DNA of 64,000 bases from Dehalococcoidia bacterium. GTDB lineage: Bacteria > Chloroflexota > Dehalococcoidia > Plut-88900. Location of the stretch: assembly GCA_965197645.1 (NCBI GenBank), contig OZ240219.1, positions 1,568,001 to 1,632,000 on the forward strand. The letters are read 5' to 3'. The notes beneath the pieces were generated by a model. It was given only the letters and a program-made list of their open reading frames with translations, was not told where the DNA came from and ran no database searches. Shown here one piece after another: positions 40,230 through 51,422 of the stretch (within the stretch, counting starts at the first letter, position 1; every line of letters starts with the position of its first letter). The position numbers and the translations under genes are program-made.

Positions 40230-41858
40230 CTACCCCAACCGGCCCTGCTCCCCTTCGTCGCTCTTCACCCGCTGCGACTTCCGGTACATCGGCGGGTGGG
40301 GCGGCATCTCGAACCCATTGCCCGCCAGCAGCTCCCCGATGGTGCGTATCTGCAGGCGTGGGTAGTCCTTCTGCCACACGTCCGAACGGTACAGCCCGGC
40401 ACTGACGGCCTCGGTGGTCATGGCCGTCGTGGGTTTCTCCAGCGTGATGAACAGCCCCATCGCCGCCTGCTCCCGCTCCACGGTGCCCTTGAGGTCTCGC
40501 ATCTGGGGCGACGACACCTTGCCGCTCTTCACCTGCACCACGGCCTTGTGCATCGTCCGGCGGGGGCCGTCCACGAAGTGCACAATGCCATCGATGCCCC
40601 GGTCCGCCCCCTTCTTGCTGTGCTCCCTGGGAAAGGCCTCCAAGAGCGACATCGCCCAGAACTCGAACTGGAATCGGTCTTGCTCAGCCAGGGCGCGGGC
40701 GCTGCCGACGTCCACCGGCTCTCCCACGACCCGGTAGTCCTTGCCGGGCAGGATGTCGAAGGCCGTCTTCAAACGGTTCTTCATCAGGGCGACGGCCAGG
40801 TGGGTGATATCGATGCCTACCCACTGGCGGTTGAGCTTCTGGGCGGCGGCGATGGCGGTGCCGCAGCCGCAGAAGGGGTCCAGCACCACGTCTCCCTCGT
40901 TGGAGGATGCCTGGATGATGCGCTCCAGCAGGGCCAGCGGCTTCTGGGTGGGGTAGCCAAGGCGTTCTTTAGACCAGCCTCTGACAAAACTAATATCGGC
41001 CCAATTTGTAGTAATGGGTGTTCCGAGGGATTCATCAAGGTAACGTTTGTACATAGGGACAGTGCCAGGATTAGTTTGAACAACACGACCTTCATCTATC
41101 AGCTTTTGCATGCGTTCCCTTGAATATCGCCAATACCTTGTAACCCCCATTACTTCGTACTGCGGGTTGCCTTTCGCCGCTCCGCCAGGCCCCAGCATAT
41201 TGTCTAACTTGTAGCGGCGGCCGTCCGGGTCGGTGTAACGGTAAAATCTATCTACGTAGTCCGGGTCAAGGGGTCCGTATTGGGCATTGAAGGCGCTGTC
41301 GCTAGCCTTGGTATAGAAGAGGATCGTATCGTTTACACGAGCAAAGTGCTTTGCACCTTGCCCTGTATCACCCTTAGAATCCGACCGCTTCCAGACAACT
41401 TCATTCCTGATATGCTCCTTACCAAACACGGCATCCATGAGCACCTTGAGGTAGTGGCTGGCAGTGGGGTCGCAGTGGAGGTATATGGAGCCGGTGGGCT
41501 TGAGGACCCGGCGCAGCTCCACCAGCCGGGGCGCCATCATCACCAGGTAGGCCATCATGGCGTTGCTGCCGATGAACTGCCGGAAGGCCTTCATCATCTC
41601 CTTGACGTTGACCGGAGTGGCCGGGTTCAGCATGATCTCCCGTTCGTAGGTGCGCTGGGACTCCAGGGTCCACTCCCAGGTGTCGGTGAAGGCCTGTATC
41701 TGTGCCGGGGACGCCTCGCCGGACTGCTCCTTGAACAGCACGTTGTAGGAGGCGTTGGAGTTGAAGGGCGGGTCGAGATAGACAAGGTCCACCGATTCAT
41801 CGGGGACGTGCTCCCGCAGGATGTTCAGGTTGTCGCCGTAGAAGAGGGTGTTGGGCAT
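40230..41858 (-). CDS. Beta-class N6A/N4C DNA methyltransferase fused to a C-terminal Mrr-like PD-(D/E)xK domain
   Basis: LFYGDNL, YLDPPF (motif IV), [14 protein letters not shown] (motif I); C-terminal ADRGID...VQVKSG. Confidence 0.9.
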   Translation of the reverse strand: MPNTLFYGDNLNILREHVPDESVDLVYLDPPFNSNASYNVLFKEQSGEASPAQIQAFTDTWEWTLESQRTYEREIMLNPATPVNVKEMMKAFRQFIGSNAMMAYLVMMAPRLVELRRVLKPTGSIYLHCDPTASHYLKVLMDAVFGKEHIRNEVVWKRSDSKGDTGQGAKHFARVNDTILFYTKASDSAFNAQYGPLDPDYVDRFYRYTDPDGRRYKLDNMLGPGGAAKGNPQYEVMGVTRYWRYSRERMQKLIDEGRVVQTNPGTVPMYKRYLDESLGTPITTNWADISFVRGWSKERLGYPTQKPLALLERIIQASSNEGDVVLDPFCGCGTAIAAAQKLNRQWVGIDITHLAVALMKNRLKTAFDILPGKDYRVVGEPVDVGSARALAEQDRFQFEFWAMSLLEAFPREHSKKGADRGIDGIVHFVDGPRRTMHKAVVQVKSGKVSSPQMRDLKGTVEREQAAMGLFITLEKPTTAMTTEAVSAGLYRSDVWQKDYPRLQIRTIGELLAGNGFEMPPHPPMYRKSQRVKSDEGEQGRLG

Positions 41859-41859
41859 G

Positions 41860-42945
41860 TTAGACGCGGTTTTTCCCCAGTGCCCTAGCTATCGATGCGA
41901 TAGTTTTATCAAGATTGTTTGCCATAACACGGACTTCCTCGCTCCCTTCCTTCAATTCGCGATTGAGGTGGCGCTCTAGCGGAGGTATTTCATCCATTCT
42001 CTCCGCCAAGCCTAAACATGAGTTACGGGCCTCTATTACCAAAGATTGGAGATCTCTCAGGGTAGCAATGTACTTAATGATTTTGGGGTCTGTCATGTCA
42101 GACTGTTCGAGTTGGAAGGAAAGCACGATTTCCAAGCTGTTCTCGGTGTTTTGTGCAATGCCAGAATAATCGGTATTCGCCTTCCTCAACCGGCCTTTGA
42201 ATTGTTTTATCTGTTCGGCGAGTCGGCGGGACACCTTCCGTGCGGCGACTGGGGAGGAATCGCTGGGATTGGTGCTGATTTTCTTGTATTGTGCAGTCGC
42301 AGTTTCCGCAGCATTGGTCAGGGTTTGTAAGTCTTTCGTTACATCAACAGTGATCTCGGCAATATCATTGTAACCATTGGTAACGTCAATAACGTGGTCA
42401 AAGAACCCTCGCTCATCTTGTTGAACTGTACCAGAGGAATGAACATTAGAATCTTGGTTTGCCCTGGATCCATCTTGAAGGAAATCGGTAACAGGACTCC
42501 CGAACTTCACGGTTCCTTCCAGGAATCCCTTGGCCCGATTAGACAACTGTTTTTCTGCATTCTCAATTTTGACAAAGTCAGTGCTATATTCCAGCACACG
42601 GTAGGATTGGATATCAAAAGGGACATCTTCTAAGTATTGCGTCATAAGAATAACTGGCTTCCCGCGGGCATGAGCCAGACCGAGTTCGTAAAACACGTTG
42701 GGGTTGATAGTAGTCAAATCCGCGACGATCAGGTCACTAGTCTCAATTCTCTCGATGACGTCCCTGAGAATACTCTGTTGATTCTCTATGTCATCAGCCC
42801 GTTGAACGGTGAACCCAGCCTTTTCCAACACAGGTTTGATGAAATGTTCGTAAACATTGCTGAATTCTTCAGCAAACGGCATTAACACAAATGCTGAATT
42901 CATTTTCGCTCCTGAACTATCCTTCGTATGACTCATTCGTCCCAT
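41860..42945 (-). CDS. Nucleoside 2-deoxyribosyltransferase/TIR-like domain + helical C-terminal domain
   Basis: [38 protein letters not shown]; long amphipathic helices; low GC; start uncertain (42945, 42936 or 42903). Confidence 0.75.
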   Translation of the reverse strand: MGRMSHTKDSSGAKMNSAFVLMPFAEEFSNVYEHFIKPVLEKAGFTVQRADDIENQQSILRDVIERIETSDLIVADLTTINPNVFYELGLAHARGKPVILMTQYLEDVPFDIQSYRVLEYSTDFVKIENAEKQLSNRAKGFLEGTVKFGSPVTDFLQDGSRANQDSNVHSSGTVQQDERGFFDHVIDVTNGYNDIAEITVDVTKDLQTLTNAAETATAQYKKISTNPSDSSPVAARKVSRRLAEQIKQFKGRLRKANTDYSGIAQNTENSLEIVLSFQLEQSDMTDPKIIKYIATLRDLQSLVIEARNSCLGLAERMDEIPPLERHLNRELKEGSEEVRVMANNLDKTIASIARALGKNRV

Positions 42946-43026
42946 ATCCTATCGCAATTGTATAACTCCAGAGTAGACACCTGAGCTAAAGACAGTTCTT
43001 TTGGACGTACTTAAACCTCGTCCCCC

Positions 43027-43557
43027 TTAGGTGACCCTGCCCAGCTCCTCTGCCGTAACCGGCGCCGCGGCATGCCAGAACCTCTCCATATCGCTGAGAA
43101 GCTTCTCCACCACCGGCGGCGACTTGAGCAGCACGCCATACTCCAGGTCGCCGGCTCTTTCTTCGGTGTTCCCACCTCCCTTTCCCTGGAAGAAGCTGTC
43201 CGCCGTCAGGTTGGCCGACGTGACCAGCGCGGCCTCTCGGTCGAAGACGTAGACCTTGGCGTGCAGATTGGGCAGCCACCTCAGCTCGACCTGACAGAAC
43301 TCTCCCAGATCGAGCAAAGTCAGCAGCGCCTTCGGGTGGGAGTGTCCTCCCGCAAAAGCGTCCTCATCGAACCGGGTGAGGACCCGGATGCCGAGCTTAT
43401 CGAGGGATGGGTTAGCTTTCAGGGTCTCCACTACCCTCGAGACGCCGTCCAGCCTGACGTAAGGGGAGATGATGAAAAGCTCGGACTTGACGCCTCGTAC
43501 CCGCTCGAGGAAGGCCTCGCCAAAGGGTGAAGACCACAGCTCCGGCGGTTCAGTCAT
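43027..43557 (-). CDS. Phospholipase D-family (HKD) nuclease domain protein
   Basis: IISPY, LHAKVYVFD, VTSANLT, LEYG; single HxK motif. Confidence 0.82.
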   Translation of the reverse strand: MTEPPELWSSPFGEAFLERVRGVKSELFIISPYVRLDGVSRVVETLKANPSLDKLGIRVLTRFDEDAFAGGHSHPKALLTLLDLGEFCQVELRWLPNLHAKVYVFDREAALVTSANLTADSFFQGKGGGNTEERAGDLEYGVLLKSPPVVEKLLSDMERFWHAAAPVTAEELGRVT

Positions 43558-43679
43558 GTTTCATCGGTTACCCGCTACCAGTCCTTCCCGCCCCATCTTA
43601 CTCCAGCCCACGGACGCCGTCCGATTTGTCTTCGCCCAAGCCCCTTTGCTTGTAATAGCCTTGGACCATACAATCAAGA

Positions 43680-43709
43680 TTGACTCCCCTACAGACCCCT
43701 TGCTAAACT
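43680..43709 (+). promoter_or_regulatory. Promoter of the mutase operon
   Basis: TTGACT (43680-85), N18, TAAACT (43704-09) with a TG extended -10. Confidence 0.55.
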
Positions 43710-43779
43710 TACCTTTCGGGATGTTGGCGGTAACACACCCGATCCACGAACCGTCAGGTCGGAGGTTAGGTAGTATCCT

Positions 43780-45444
43780 TTGTCCGATGCCGTGAAACGT
43801 CAGTCTGTCGGGGAACAGCAGTCTCGTTGGGCGGAGGCGTACGAGGCAGCCAGGAAGCGGGATGCACTCTACAAGACCCTATCCGAAATCCCCGTCGAAC
43901 CCCTCTACTCTCCCATCGACCGGTCCGGCGCCGATTACACCCAGGACACCGGCATGCCCGGCCAGTACCCCTACCTCCGGGGCGTCCATGCCACTGGATA
44001 CCGGACCCGGCTGTGGACCATGCGCATGTTTGCCGGCTTCGGCACCGCCGAGGAGACCAACGCCCGCTACAAGTACCTGTTGGAACAGGGCGAAAGCGGC
44101 CTGAGCGTCGCCTTCGATATGCCGACCCTCATGGGCTACGACACCGATCACTCCATGTCCACGGGGGAGTTCGGAAAGTGCGGTGTGGCCGTGTCCTCCC
44201 TGGCGGATATGGAGGTGCTGCTGGACGGCCTGCCCATCGACGAGATAACCACCTCAATGACTATCAACGGGCCTGCCGCCATCATCTGGGCCATGTTCAT
44301 CGCCGCCGCCGAAAAGCAAGGCGTACCCATGGACAGGCTGGGCGGCACCCTTCAGAACGATATCCTCAAAGAGTTCATCGCCCAGAACGAGTACCTGTTC
44401 CCTATAGAGGACTCGATGCGCCTGGTTACCGACACCATCGAGTTCGCCGCCCGGCACATGCCCCGCTGGAACCCGGTGAGCATCAGCGGCTATCACATCC
44501 GGGAGGCGGGCTCCACAGGGGTCCAGGAGCTGGCCTTCACCCTGGCCGACGGGTTCGCCTATATAGACGCCGCCCTGGAGCGGGGACTGGACGTCGATGA
44601 GTTCGCACCCCGCCTCAGCTTCTTCTTCAACATCCACGACGACTTCTTCGAAGAGATAGCCAAGTTCAGGGCGGCCCGCCGCATATGGGCGAGAGAGCTG
44701 AAAGAGCGGTACGGAGCCAAGAACGAGCGCTCCCTCTGGCTCCGCACCCATGCCCAGACCGCCGGCGTATCTCTGACGGCCCAACAGCCGGAGACCAACA
44801 TGGTCCGGGTGGCCATACAGGCCCTGGCCGGGGTGCTGGGAGGCGTGCAATCGATGCACACCAACTCGATGGATGAGGTCCACGCCTTGCCCTCCGAGAG
44901 TGCCGCCCTCGTGGCGCTGAGGACTCAACAGATCATCGCCAACGAGAGCGGCGTCATCGAAACCGTCGATCCCCTTGGAGGTAGCTACTACCTGGAGGCG
45001 CTCACCGATAAGTTGGAGGAGGAGGCCTACCGCTACTTCGATGCCATCCGAGACCAGGGCGGCGTGCTTCCGGCCGTGAAGAACGGCTATTTCCTCCGGG
45101 AGATAGCCGACGCCTCCTTTACCTACCAGCGGGAGGTGGAGCAAAATCTGCGGGTCAAGGTCGGCGTCAACGGCTACACCACCGACGAGAAGTTGACCAT
45201 ACCCATCTTGAACATGGACGAACAGGGTGAACGACGACACCTGGACCGACTGAATAGAGTGAGAAGGGACAGGGACGCCGACGAAGTGCAGAGGCGTCTC
45301 GACGACCTGCGAGAGGCGGCCCGCGGCACCGACAATCTGATGCCTTACCTCCTGGAGGCCGCCCGGGCCTACGCCACGCTGGGCGAGATGACGGACGTAT
45401 TTCGAGAGGTATTTGGAGAAGCGGAGGTCCTGACCGTCGCATGA
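43780..45444 (+). CDS. Acyl-CoA mutase large subunit, isobutyryl-CoA mutase type (IcmA-like)
   Basis: [10 protein letters not shown] (Phe), [11 protein letters not shown] (Gln), [18 protein letters not shown]; TTG start after GGAGG; no B12 domain. Confidence 0.85.
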   Translation: MSDAVKRQSVGEQQSRWAEAYEAARKRDALYKTLSEIPVEPLYSPIDRSGADYTQDTGMPGQYPYLRGVHATGYRTRLWTMRMFAGFGTAEETNARYKYLLEQGESGLSVAFDMPTLMGYDTDHSMSTGEFGKCGVAVSSLADMEVLLDGLPIDEITTSMTINGPAAIIWAMFIAAAEKQGVPMDRLGGTLQNDILKEFIAQNEYLFPIEDSMRLVTDTIEFAARHMPRWNPVSISGYHIREAGSTGVQELAFTLADGFAYIDAALERGLDVDEFAPRLSFFFNIHDDFFEEIAKFRAARRIWARELKERYGAKNERSLWLRTHAQTAGVSLTAQQPETNMVRVAIQALAGVLGGVQSMHTNSMDEVHALPSESAALVALRTQQIIANESGVIETVDPLGGSYYLEALTDKLEEEAYRYFDAIRDQGGVLPAVKNGYFLREIADASFTYQREVEQNLRVKVGVNGYTTDEKLTIPILNMDEQGERRHLDRLNRVRRDRDADEVQRRLDDLREAARGTDNLMPYLLEAARAYATLGEMTDVFREVFGEAEVLTVA

Positions 45445-46649
45445 AACCGTTGGAAGGCATCAAGGTTCTAGAGGTCTCCAACTGGATCTCCGGCCCCACC
45501 TGCGCCACCGTCCTGGCCGACTGCGGGGCCGATGTCATCAAGCTCGAACACCTTCAGACCGGTGGTGACCCGGCTCGCGGCTGGGTCCCGGTCAACCTGC
45601 CCAAGGAGAAGCAGATCAACTGGGTGTTCGAGGCGATCAACAGGGGTAAACGCAGCCTTGCCCTGGATCTCGGCCAGGACAAGGGCCAGGAGGTACTTCA
45701 ACGGCTGATTCGAGATACCGACATCCTTGTCACCAATGTCCGGATATCGACGGCCGAGACCCTCCACCTGGATTTCGAGACCCTGAGTGCCCTCAATCCC
45801 CGGCTCATCTACGCCAGGATCACCGGTTTCGGCGCCCGAGGCCCAGACAAGGACAGGATGGGGTTCGATAGCCTGAGCTTCTGGGCCCGGTCCGGCCTGA
45901 TGGACGTCTTCAGCCCCATCGAAGGGCCTCCCGTACCCATCGGCTGCTCGTTGGGAGACGTAGCCACCGGCACTTTCCTCTTCGCTGCCATAATGATGGC
46001 CCTCTACAACCGGGAGAGTACCGGTGAGGGCAGCCTCGTGGAAACCTCCCTCTACGCCTCGGGAGTATGGACCAGTTCCGAGGCGATATGGTCCACCCTG
46101 ATAGGCGGCAGCTCAATGCCCAAGCTATCCAGGGAGGAGTTTCCCAACCCTCTGCTCCAGCTCTATCGCTGTTCCGATGACAGGTGGGTTAACCTGTGCA
46201 TCCTACAGAGCGAACGCTACTGGTCGGTTTTCTGCTCCGTCATAGATAGGTCGGACCTGGAGACCGATCCCCGGTTCATTGACCAAGACGCCCGAGCGGA
46301 GAACTCGGCCGCGTTGGTGGCCCTGCTCGAGGAGGAGTTCGGTAAGCACCCGTTGGACTACTGGGCCCCCAGGCTGGACGAGGCCCACATCGCCTGGGAA
46401 CCCACCAGCGAAATTGAGGAGGTGGCCAGCGACCCCCAGCTGTATGCCAACCAATCAATCGTCGAAGTCGATCATCCCCACCTGGGGCGCATCAAAGAGG
46501 TCGCCGCTCCATTCCAGTTCAACCAGGAAACCCTCGCGTCTCGCACCAGCGCTCCGGAGTTCGGTTCTGCCACGGAGGAGATTCTCCAGGAGCACGACTA
46601 TTCATGGGACGAGATACTGGAACTGAAGAACCAAAAGGTTATCATTTAG
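45441..46649 (+). CDS. CoA-transferase family III (CaiB/BaiF)
   Basis: [29 protein letters not shown]; ATGA overlap with the upstream gene. Confidence 0.92.
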   Translation: MKPLEGIKVLEVSNWISGPTCATVLADCGADVIKLEHLQTGGDPARGWVPVNLPKEKQINWVFEAINRGKRSLALDLGQDKGQEVLQRLIRDTDILVTNVRISTAETLHLDFETLSALNPRLIYARITGFGARGPDKDRMGFDSLSFWARSGLMDVFSPIEGPPVPIGCSLGDVATGTFLFAAIMMALYNRESTGEGSLVETSLYASGVWTSSEAIWSTLIGGSSMPKLSREEFPNPLLQLYRCSDDRWVNLCILQSERYWSVFCSVIDRSDLETDPRFIDQDARAENSAALVALLEEEFGKHPLDYWAPRLDEAHIAWEPTSEIEEVASDPQLYANQSIVEVDHPHLGRIKEVAAPFQFNQETLASRTSAPEFGSATEEILQEHDYSWDEILELKNQKVII

Positions 46650-46671
46650 GAGGAGACCCCTTCCTCGGAGG

Positions 46672-48342
46672 TTGGACGTGCAAAACCAGGCCGAGCTCGA
46701 TAACATCCGCGCACGCCAGAAGGAGTGGGAGGAGAAGGCGAGCAAGACGAAGCAGCGGGAAGGCTCGTTCGAGACCAGCTCCGGAGTCCCCATCAACGGG
46801 GTATATACGCCCCTGGACACCGGGGAGATGGACTACGCCTCCGAGATAGGGGTGCCCGGCGAGTTCCCCTTCACCCGCGGCATCCACCCCACCGGCTACA
46901 GGGGCCGCCTGTGGACCATGAGGCAGTACGCCGGCTTCGGCTCCGCCGAGGAGTCCAACCGCCGCTACCGCTATCTGCTGGACCAGGGCCAGACCGGCCT
47001 CAGCGTCGCCTTCGACCTGCCAACCCAGATGGGATACGACTCAGACCATCCCATGGCTCGGGGCGAAGTCGGCAAAGTAGGCGTTCCCATCGATACCCTG
47101 GCCGACATGGAGGTGCTCTTCGATCAGATTCCCCTGGAGCAGGTAACCACGTCCATGACCATCAACGCCACCGCTTCGGTGCTGCTGGCCCTTTACGTGG
47201 CCCTGGCCAAGAAGCAGGGCTCAGACTTGGCCAAGGTGGGCGGCACCGTTCAGAACGATATCCTCAAAGAGTACGTAGCGCGGGGCACCTACATCTTCCC
47301 GCCTAGGTTTTCGATGCGCCTGGTAACTGACCTGTTCAAGTACTGCAGCGAGAACCTGCCCTCCTGGAACACCATCAGCATCAGCGGTTACCACATGCGG
47401 GAGGCCGGCGCCACCGCCGTTCAGGAGTTGGCCTTCACCTTCGCCAACGCCATCGCCTACGTGGAAGCGGCTCTGGAGGTCGGCCTGAACATCGATGCCT
47501 TCGCCGGCCGGCTCTCCTTCTTCTTCGTCAGCCAGAACAACCTGCTGGAGGAGGTAGCCAAGTTCAGAGCCGCCCGCAAGATATGGGCCAAGATAATGAG
47601 GGACCGTTTCGGGGCGCAGAAACCCCGCTCGATGATGCTCAGGTTTCACACCCAGACCGCCGGAGTAGCGTTGACGGCCCAGCAGCCGGAGAACAACGTA
47701 GTCCGGGTGACCATACAGGCCTTGGCCGCAGTGCTGGGCGGCACCCAGTCCCTGCACACCAATTCCATGGACGAGGCCCTGGGCCTTCCATCCGAGAAGG
47801 CGGCCACCATAGCCCTGAGGACCCAGCAGATACTGGCCGCCGAAAGCGGTGTTGCCGACACAATTGATCCCCTGGCAGGTTCCTACTACGTCGAGTCCCT
47901 TACCCAGAACCTGGAAGACGAGACGTGGAAGTACCTGGAGAAAGTGGAGGAGCTGGGCGGCGCCACCGGCGCCATAGAGCAGGGCTACATGCATAGAGAG
48001 ATCCAAGACAGCGCCTACAAGTTCCAACGGGAGATAGAGAGCGAGCAGCGCATCTCGGTGGGAGTCAACCGGTACCAATCGGACCAGCTTTCCATGGAGG
48101 GAGTCCTCCGTATCGATCCCGCCATGGAGAAGCAGCAGCTGCGGCAGCTTGATAACGTCAAGTCTGAAAGGGACGAAGGCCAGGTGCAGAAGACACTGGA
48201 CAGACTTGCTGAGACGGCCCGCGGCGAGGACAACACCTTGCCCGCCATCCTGGAATGCGTCGAAGCCTACGCCTCCATCGGCGAGATATGTGACGTCATG
48301 CGAGAGGTCACGGGAGAGTACCAGCCCTCGGTATCGTATTAA
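46672..48342 (+). CDS. Methylmalonyl-CoA mutase large (substrate-binding) subunit
   Basis: [10 protein letters not shown] (Tyr), [14 protein letters not shown] (Arg), [18 protein letters not shown]. Confidence 0.92.
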   Translation: MDVQNQAELDNIRARQKEWEEKASKTKQREGSFETSSGVPINGVYTPLDTGEMDYASEIGVPGEFPFTRGIHPTGYRGRLWTMRQYAGFGSAEESNRRYRYLLDQGQTGLSVAFDLPTQMGYDSDHPMARGEVGKVGVPIDTLADMEVLFDQIPLEQVTTSMTINATASVLLALYVALAKKQGSDLAKVGGTVQNDILKEYVARGTYIFPPRFSMRLVTDLFKYCSENLPSWNTISISGYHMREAGATAVQELAFTFANAIAYVEAALEVGLNIDAFAGRLSFFFVSQNNLLEEVAKFRAARKIWAKIMRDRFGAQKPRSMMLRFHTQTAGVALTAQQPENNVVRVTIQALAAVLGGTQSLHTNSMDEALGLPSEKAATIALRTQQILAAESGVADTIDPLAGSYYVESLTQNLEDETWKYLEKVEELGGATGAIEQGYMHREIQDSAYKFQREIESEQRISVGVNRYQSDQLSMEGVLRIDPAMEKQQLRQLDNVKSERDEGQVQKTLDRLAETARGEDNTLPAILECVEAYASIGEICDVMREVTGEYQPSVSY

Positions 48343-48484
48343 CCCTCCCTCGTCATTCCGGGCCCTTCTCGGGAGCGAAAGAGGAGTCAACGCCAAATCA
48401 ATTCGTCGAGTCTACCTCCGATGTAATCTCCATCAACCGGTGAGGACCATCGGTGGGGAGAGGAGGCCGAGAACAGGAGTAGAG

Positions 48485-49633
48485 ATGGACTTTACACTCT
48501 CGGAAGAACAGAAGATCCTTCAGAGAAACGTACGAGACTTCGCCGCGCGGGAGATCGCCCCCGTGGCCTCTCGCATCGATCAGGACGAGGAGTTTCCCTG
48601 GGAGAGCATCCGCAAGATGGGGGAGATGGGGTTGATGGGGGTGACCATGGACCCTGAGTACGGCGGCACCGGCGGGAGCTACATCGACCTAGCCATTGTC
48701 GCTGAGGAGCTTGCTCGAGCCTGTGCCGCCACCGCCGTCATCTACATAGCGTCCCTGTCGCTGGCGTCCCAGTGCATCAATACCTTCGGCACCCACGAGC
48801 AGAAGAGCCGATTTCTTAGCCCCCTGGCGCAGGGGCAGAAGCTGGCCGCCTTTGGTCTCTCCGAGCCCGGCTCCGGCAGCGACGTCGCCTCGCTGAGGAC
48901 ACTGGCGCTGGGACACGATGGTCACTATTTCCTCAACGGCAGCAAGACCTTCATCACCAACGGCGACGTCGCCGATACCCTGGTGGTCTTCGCCACCGTG
49001 GACCGCTCGTTGGGCTCCAAGGGGATAACGGCCTTCATTGTGGAAAAGGAGGCCCAGGGCTTCACCGCTCGAAACGAAAAGGGCAAGCTGGGGGTCAGAG
49101 GCTCAACCACCGCGGAGCTGTTCTTCGAGGACTGTCAGATATCAGCGGAGGACCGGCTTGCGGAAGAGGGCAAGGGGATGCGAGTAGCCCTCACCATCAT
49201 AGATGGAAGCCGCATAATCATCGGTGCCCAGGCCGTGGGCATCGCCCATGCCGCCATGGAGGCTTCCCTCGCCTATGCCCAGCAGCGTCACCAGTTCGGC
49301 AAGCCCATCGCGGAGTTCCAGGCGATACAGTGGATGCTGGCCGAGATGGCTACCAGGATATCGGCGGCCCGGCTCCTCCTCTATCACGCCGCAGACCTGA
49401 AGCGCCAGGGCGAGCCCTTCTCCCGGGAGTCGGCCATGGCCAAACTCTTCGCCAGCGAGGTCGCCACCTCCGTCACCTCCCAGGCCATCCAGGTTCACGG
49501 AGGTATCGGATACTTCAAGGAGTTGCCTCTGGAGCGGTACTTCCGGGACTCCAAGGTTACCGAGATCTACGAGGGGACTTCGGAAGTACAGAAGATGGTT
49601 ATCGCACGAGACATGTTGACCAGGGGAGTGTGA
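48485..49633 (+). CDS. Acyl-CoA dehydrogenase (short/branched chain)
   Basis: MDFTLSEEQ, FGLSEPGSGSD, NGSKTFIT, RHQFGKPI, IYEGTSEVQ; ATG 48485 after AGGAG. Confidence 0.93.
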   Translation: MDFTLSEEQKILQRNVRDFAAREIAPVASRIDQDEEFPWESIRKMGEMGLMGVTMDPEYGGTGGSYIDLAIVAEELARACAATAVIYIASLSLASQCINTFGTHEQKSRFLSPLAQGQKLAAFGLSEPGSGSDVASLRTLALGHDGHYFLNGSKTFITNGDVADTLVVFATVDRSLGSKGITAFIVEKEAQGFTARNEKGKLGVRGSTTAELFFEDCQISAEDRLAEEGKGMRVALTIIDGSRIIIGAQAVGIAHAAMEASLAYAQQRHQFGKPIAEFQAIQWMLAEMATRISAARLLLYHAADLKRQGEPFSRESAMAKLFASEVATSVTSQAIQVHGGIGYFKELPLERYFRDSKVTEIYEGTSEVQKMVIARDMLTRGV

Positions 49634-49662
49634 TCCGCACCTCCAGAACACACGAGGCCGCA

Positions 49663-50094
49663 ATGAGTCCCACCGACGCACCGCCCTGTACCGCCCAACA
49701 CCTGAACCACGTCGCCATAGTAGTCAAGAGCATCGAGGAAACGCTGGAGTTCTACCAAAGCACCTTCGGAGTCGAAGGCGGTGAGATAGAGGAGATAGCC
49801 GATCAGGGGGTAAAGGCCACGCTGATCTCCGTTGGCGGCAGCCAACTGGAGCTGATCCAGCCGGTTCAGCCGGATACGGGCGTAGCCCGCTTTCTGGAGA
49901 ATCGAGGCGAGGCCCTGCACCACATCTGCTTTGAAGTGGAGGACCTGCAGGACAAGCTCAACACGCTGGATGCCCGGGGAGTGCGGCTCATAGACAAGTC
50001 GCCTAGAAAGGGCCTGGCCGGCATGATCGCTTTCCTGCATCCCAAATCCACCCGAGGAGTATTGGTAGAGCTGGTAGACAAGGCCTCCACGTAG
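49663..50094 (+). CDS. mce: Methylmalonyl-CoA epimerase
   Basis: NHVAI, LELIQP, HHICFEV, AFLHPKSTRGVLVEL. Confidence 0.9.
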   Translation: MSPTDAPPCTAQHLNHVAIVVKSIEETLEFYQSTFGVEGGEIEEIADQGVKATLISVGGSQLELIQPVQPDTGVARFLENRGEALHHICFEVEDLQDKLNTLDARGVRLIDKSPRKGLAGMIAFLHPKSTRGVLVELVDKAST

Positions 50095-50222
50095 AGAGCC
50101 GGGTGGATGTGTCCTAGCAGTAGACCGATGGAGGGTAAGCGGCCGGGATCGAGAGACCAGCTTAAGCACGAACGATGTAGTTCCCGCCTAATCTTACGGT
50201 TCGAAGGATAGGAAGGACCCAA

Positions 50223-50633
50223 ATGCCAGAAACGGAAGTTGACATAATAAGAGTCCTGGTGGCCAAGCCCGGCCTGGACGGGCACGACCGGGGCGCCAAG
50301 GTCATAGCCCGAGCGTTGAGAGATGCGGGCATGGAGGTCATCTACACCGGCATCCGCCAGACCCCCGAGATGATCGCGGAGGCGTCCCTTCAGGAAGACG
50401 TGGATGTCGTGTGTATCAGCATCCTCTCCGGCGCCCACATGGAGCTCTTCCCCCTCATCATCCGGGAGCTGAAGCAGCGGGAGTTGGACGATACTATCGT
50501 TCTGGCAGGGGGCATAATCCCCGAGGAGGACCACCAACCCCTCACCGAGATCGGGGTCAGGGGCATATTCGGTCCCGGGACGTCCACCCAGGATATAGTC
50601 GAGTACATTCGTGACCAGGTGGCTTCCAGCTAG
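50223..50633 (+). CDS. Cobalamin-binding small subunit of acyl-CoA mutase
   Basis: [12 protein letters not shown] (DxHxxG), SILSGAH, GGIIP, FGPGT. Confidence 0.95.
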   Translation: MPETEVDIIRVLVAKPGLDGHDRGAKVIARALRDAGMEVIYTGIRQTPEMIAEASLQEDVDVVCISILSGAHMELFPLIIRELKQRELDDTIVLAGGIIPEEDHQPLTEIGVRGIFGPGTSTQDIVEYIRDQVASS

Positions 50634-50658
50634 TCCAATCCCAGGGAGGCGTTAGCTC

Positions 50659-51369
50659 ATGGCCCACCGACACACCGTAAGCGATATCAACCGCGCAGCC
50701 TTCGACGATGATGCCCACGAGTACGATTCCTCGATTTTCAGCGAGTCTCGTCACTACAAAGAGGTACACGAGATCGTGTTTGGGTTGCTGGCGTTCTCAG
50801 ACGTGGGATCGGGCCCGGTGCTTGAGCTGGGCACCGGCACCGCCAACCTGACGGTGGACATCCTGGAGCGATTTCCCACCATGGAAGTGGAAGGCTACGA
50901 CATATCGGAGGGCATGCTGAACGAGGCCGGCCGCAAGCTGCATCACTTCGGAGACCGGGTGACCCTGACCGCTATGGATCTGACCCAGGAGCTGCCGGAC
51001 CGCAAATACAAGGCCATAGTATCGGCCTACGTTATACACCACCTCAGCTCCCGCCGACGGCAGCGGCTGTTTCAGCGGCTTCTTCCGCTGCTGGAACCGG
51101 GCGGATGCATTATCATCGCAGATCTGGTCGATCCCGATACCGAGGGCCTCGGTAAACTCTATGATGCCCTGGCTCGCCAAGACGCCGAAGCCCAGGGCTT
51201 GGACATGGGCAAATACGATGAAGAGATGACCCACGGCCACCGGATGGCCAGCGCCACCACCAACTTCCTCCGCTACGTCCGGTGGCTGCGTAAAGCCGGG
51301 TACGATGACGTGGACTGCGTCTGGAAGCGGCTAGGCCTGGCGGTCTTCTACGGCCGGGCCCCCTCCTGA
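50659..51369 (+). CDS. Class I SAM-dependent methyltransferase
   Basis: VLELGTGT, YDISEGML, IHHL, LEPGG. Confidence 0.88.
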   Translation: MAHRHTVSDINRAAFDDDAHEYDSSIFSESRHYKEVHEIVFGLLAFSDVGSGPVLELGTGTANLTVDILERFPTMEVEGYDISEGMLNEAGRKLHHFGDRVTLTAMDLTQELPDRKYKAIVSAYVIHHLSSRRRQRLFQRLLPLLEPGGCIIIADLVDPDTEGLGKLYDALARQDAEAQGLDMGKYDEEMTHGHRMASATTNFLRYVRWLRKAGYDDVDCVWKRLGLAVFYGRAPS

Positions 51370-51422
51370 CTGCTCTGATACTTACTCGTTTGCAGGGTTA
51401 CTCCATCCAAAGGAGATATGAC

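Noticed and set aside
43746-43775. GAACCGTCAGGTCGGAGG resembles the SRP RNA core
   Set aside because: It lacks the CC-GNRA-GG-AGCAG helix and long flanking stem; the GGAGG is better explained as the mutase RBS.
48149-48484. Upstream extensions of acyl-CoA dehydrogenase (also hpt 25021-25296, mce 49330-49662, nfo 51390-51422)
   Set aside because: They overlap neighbouring genes or precede a clear RBS; family homology starts at the later ATG.
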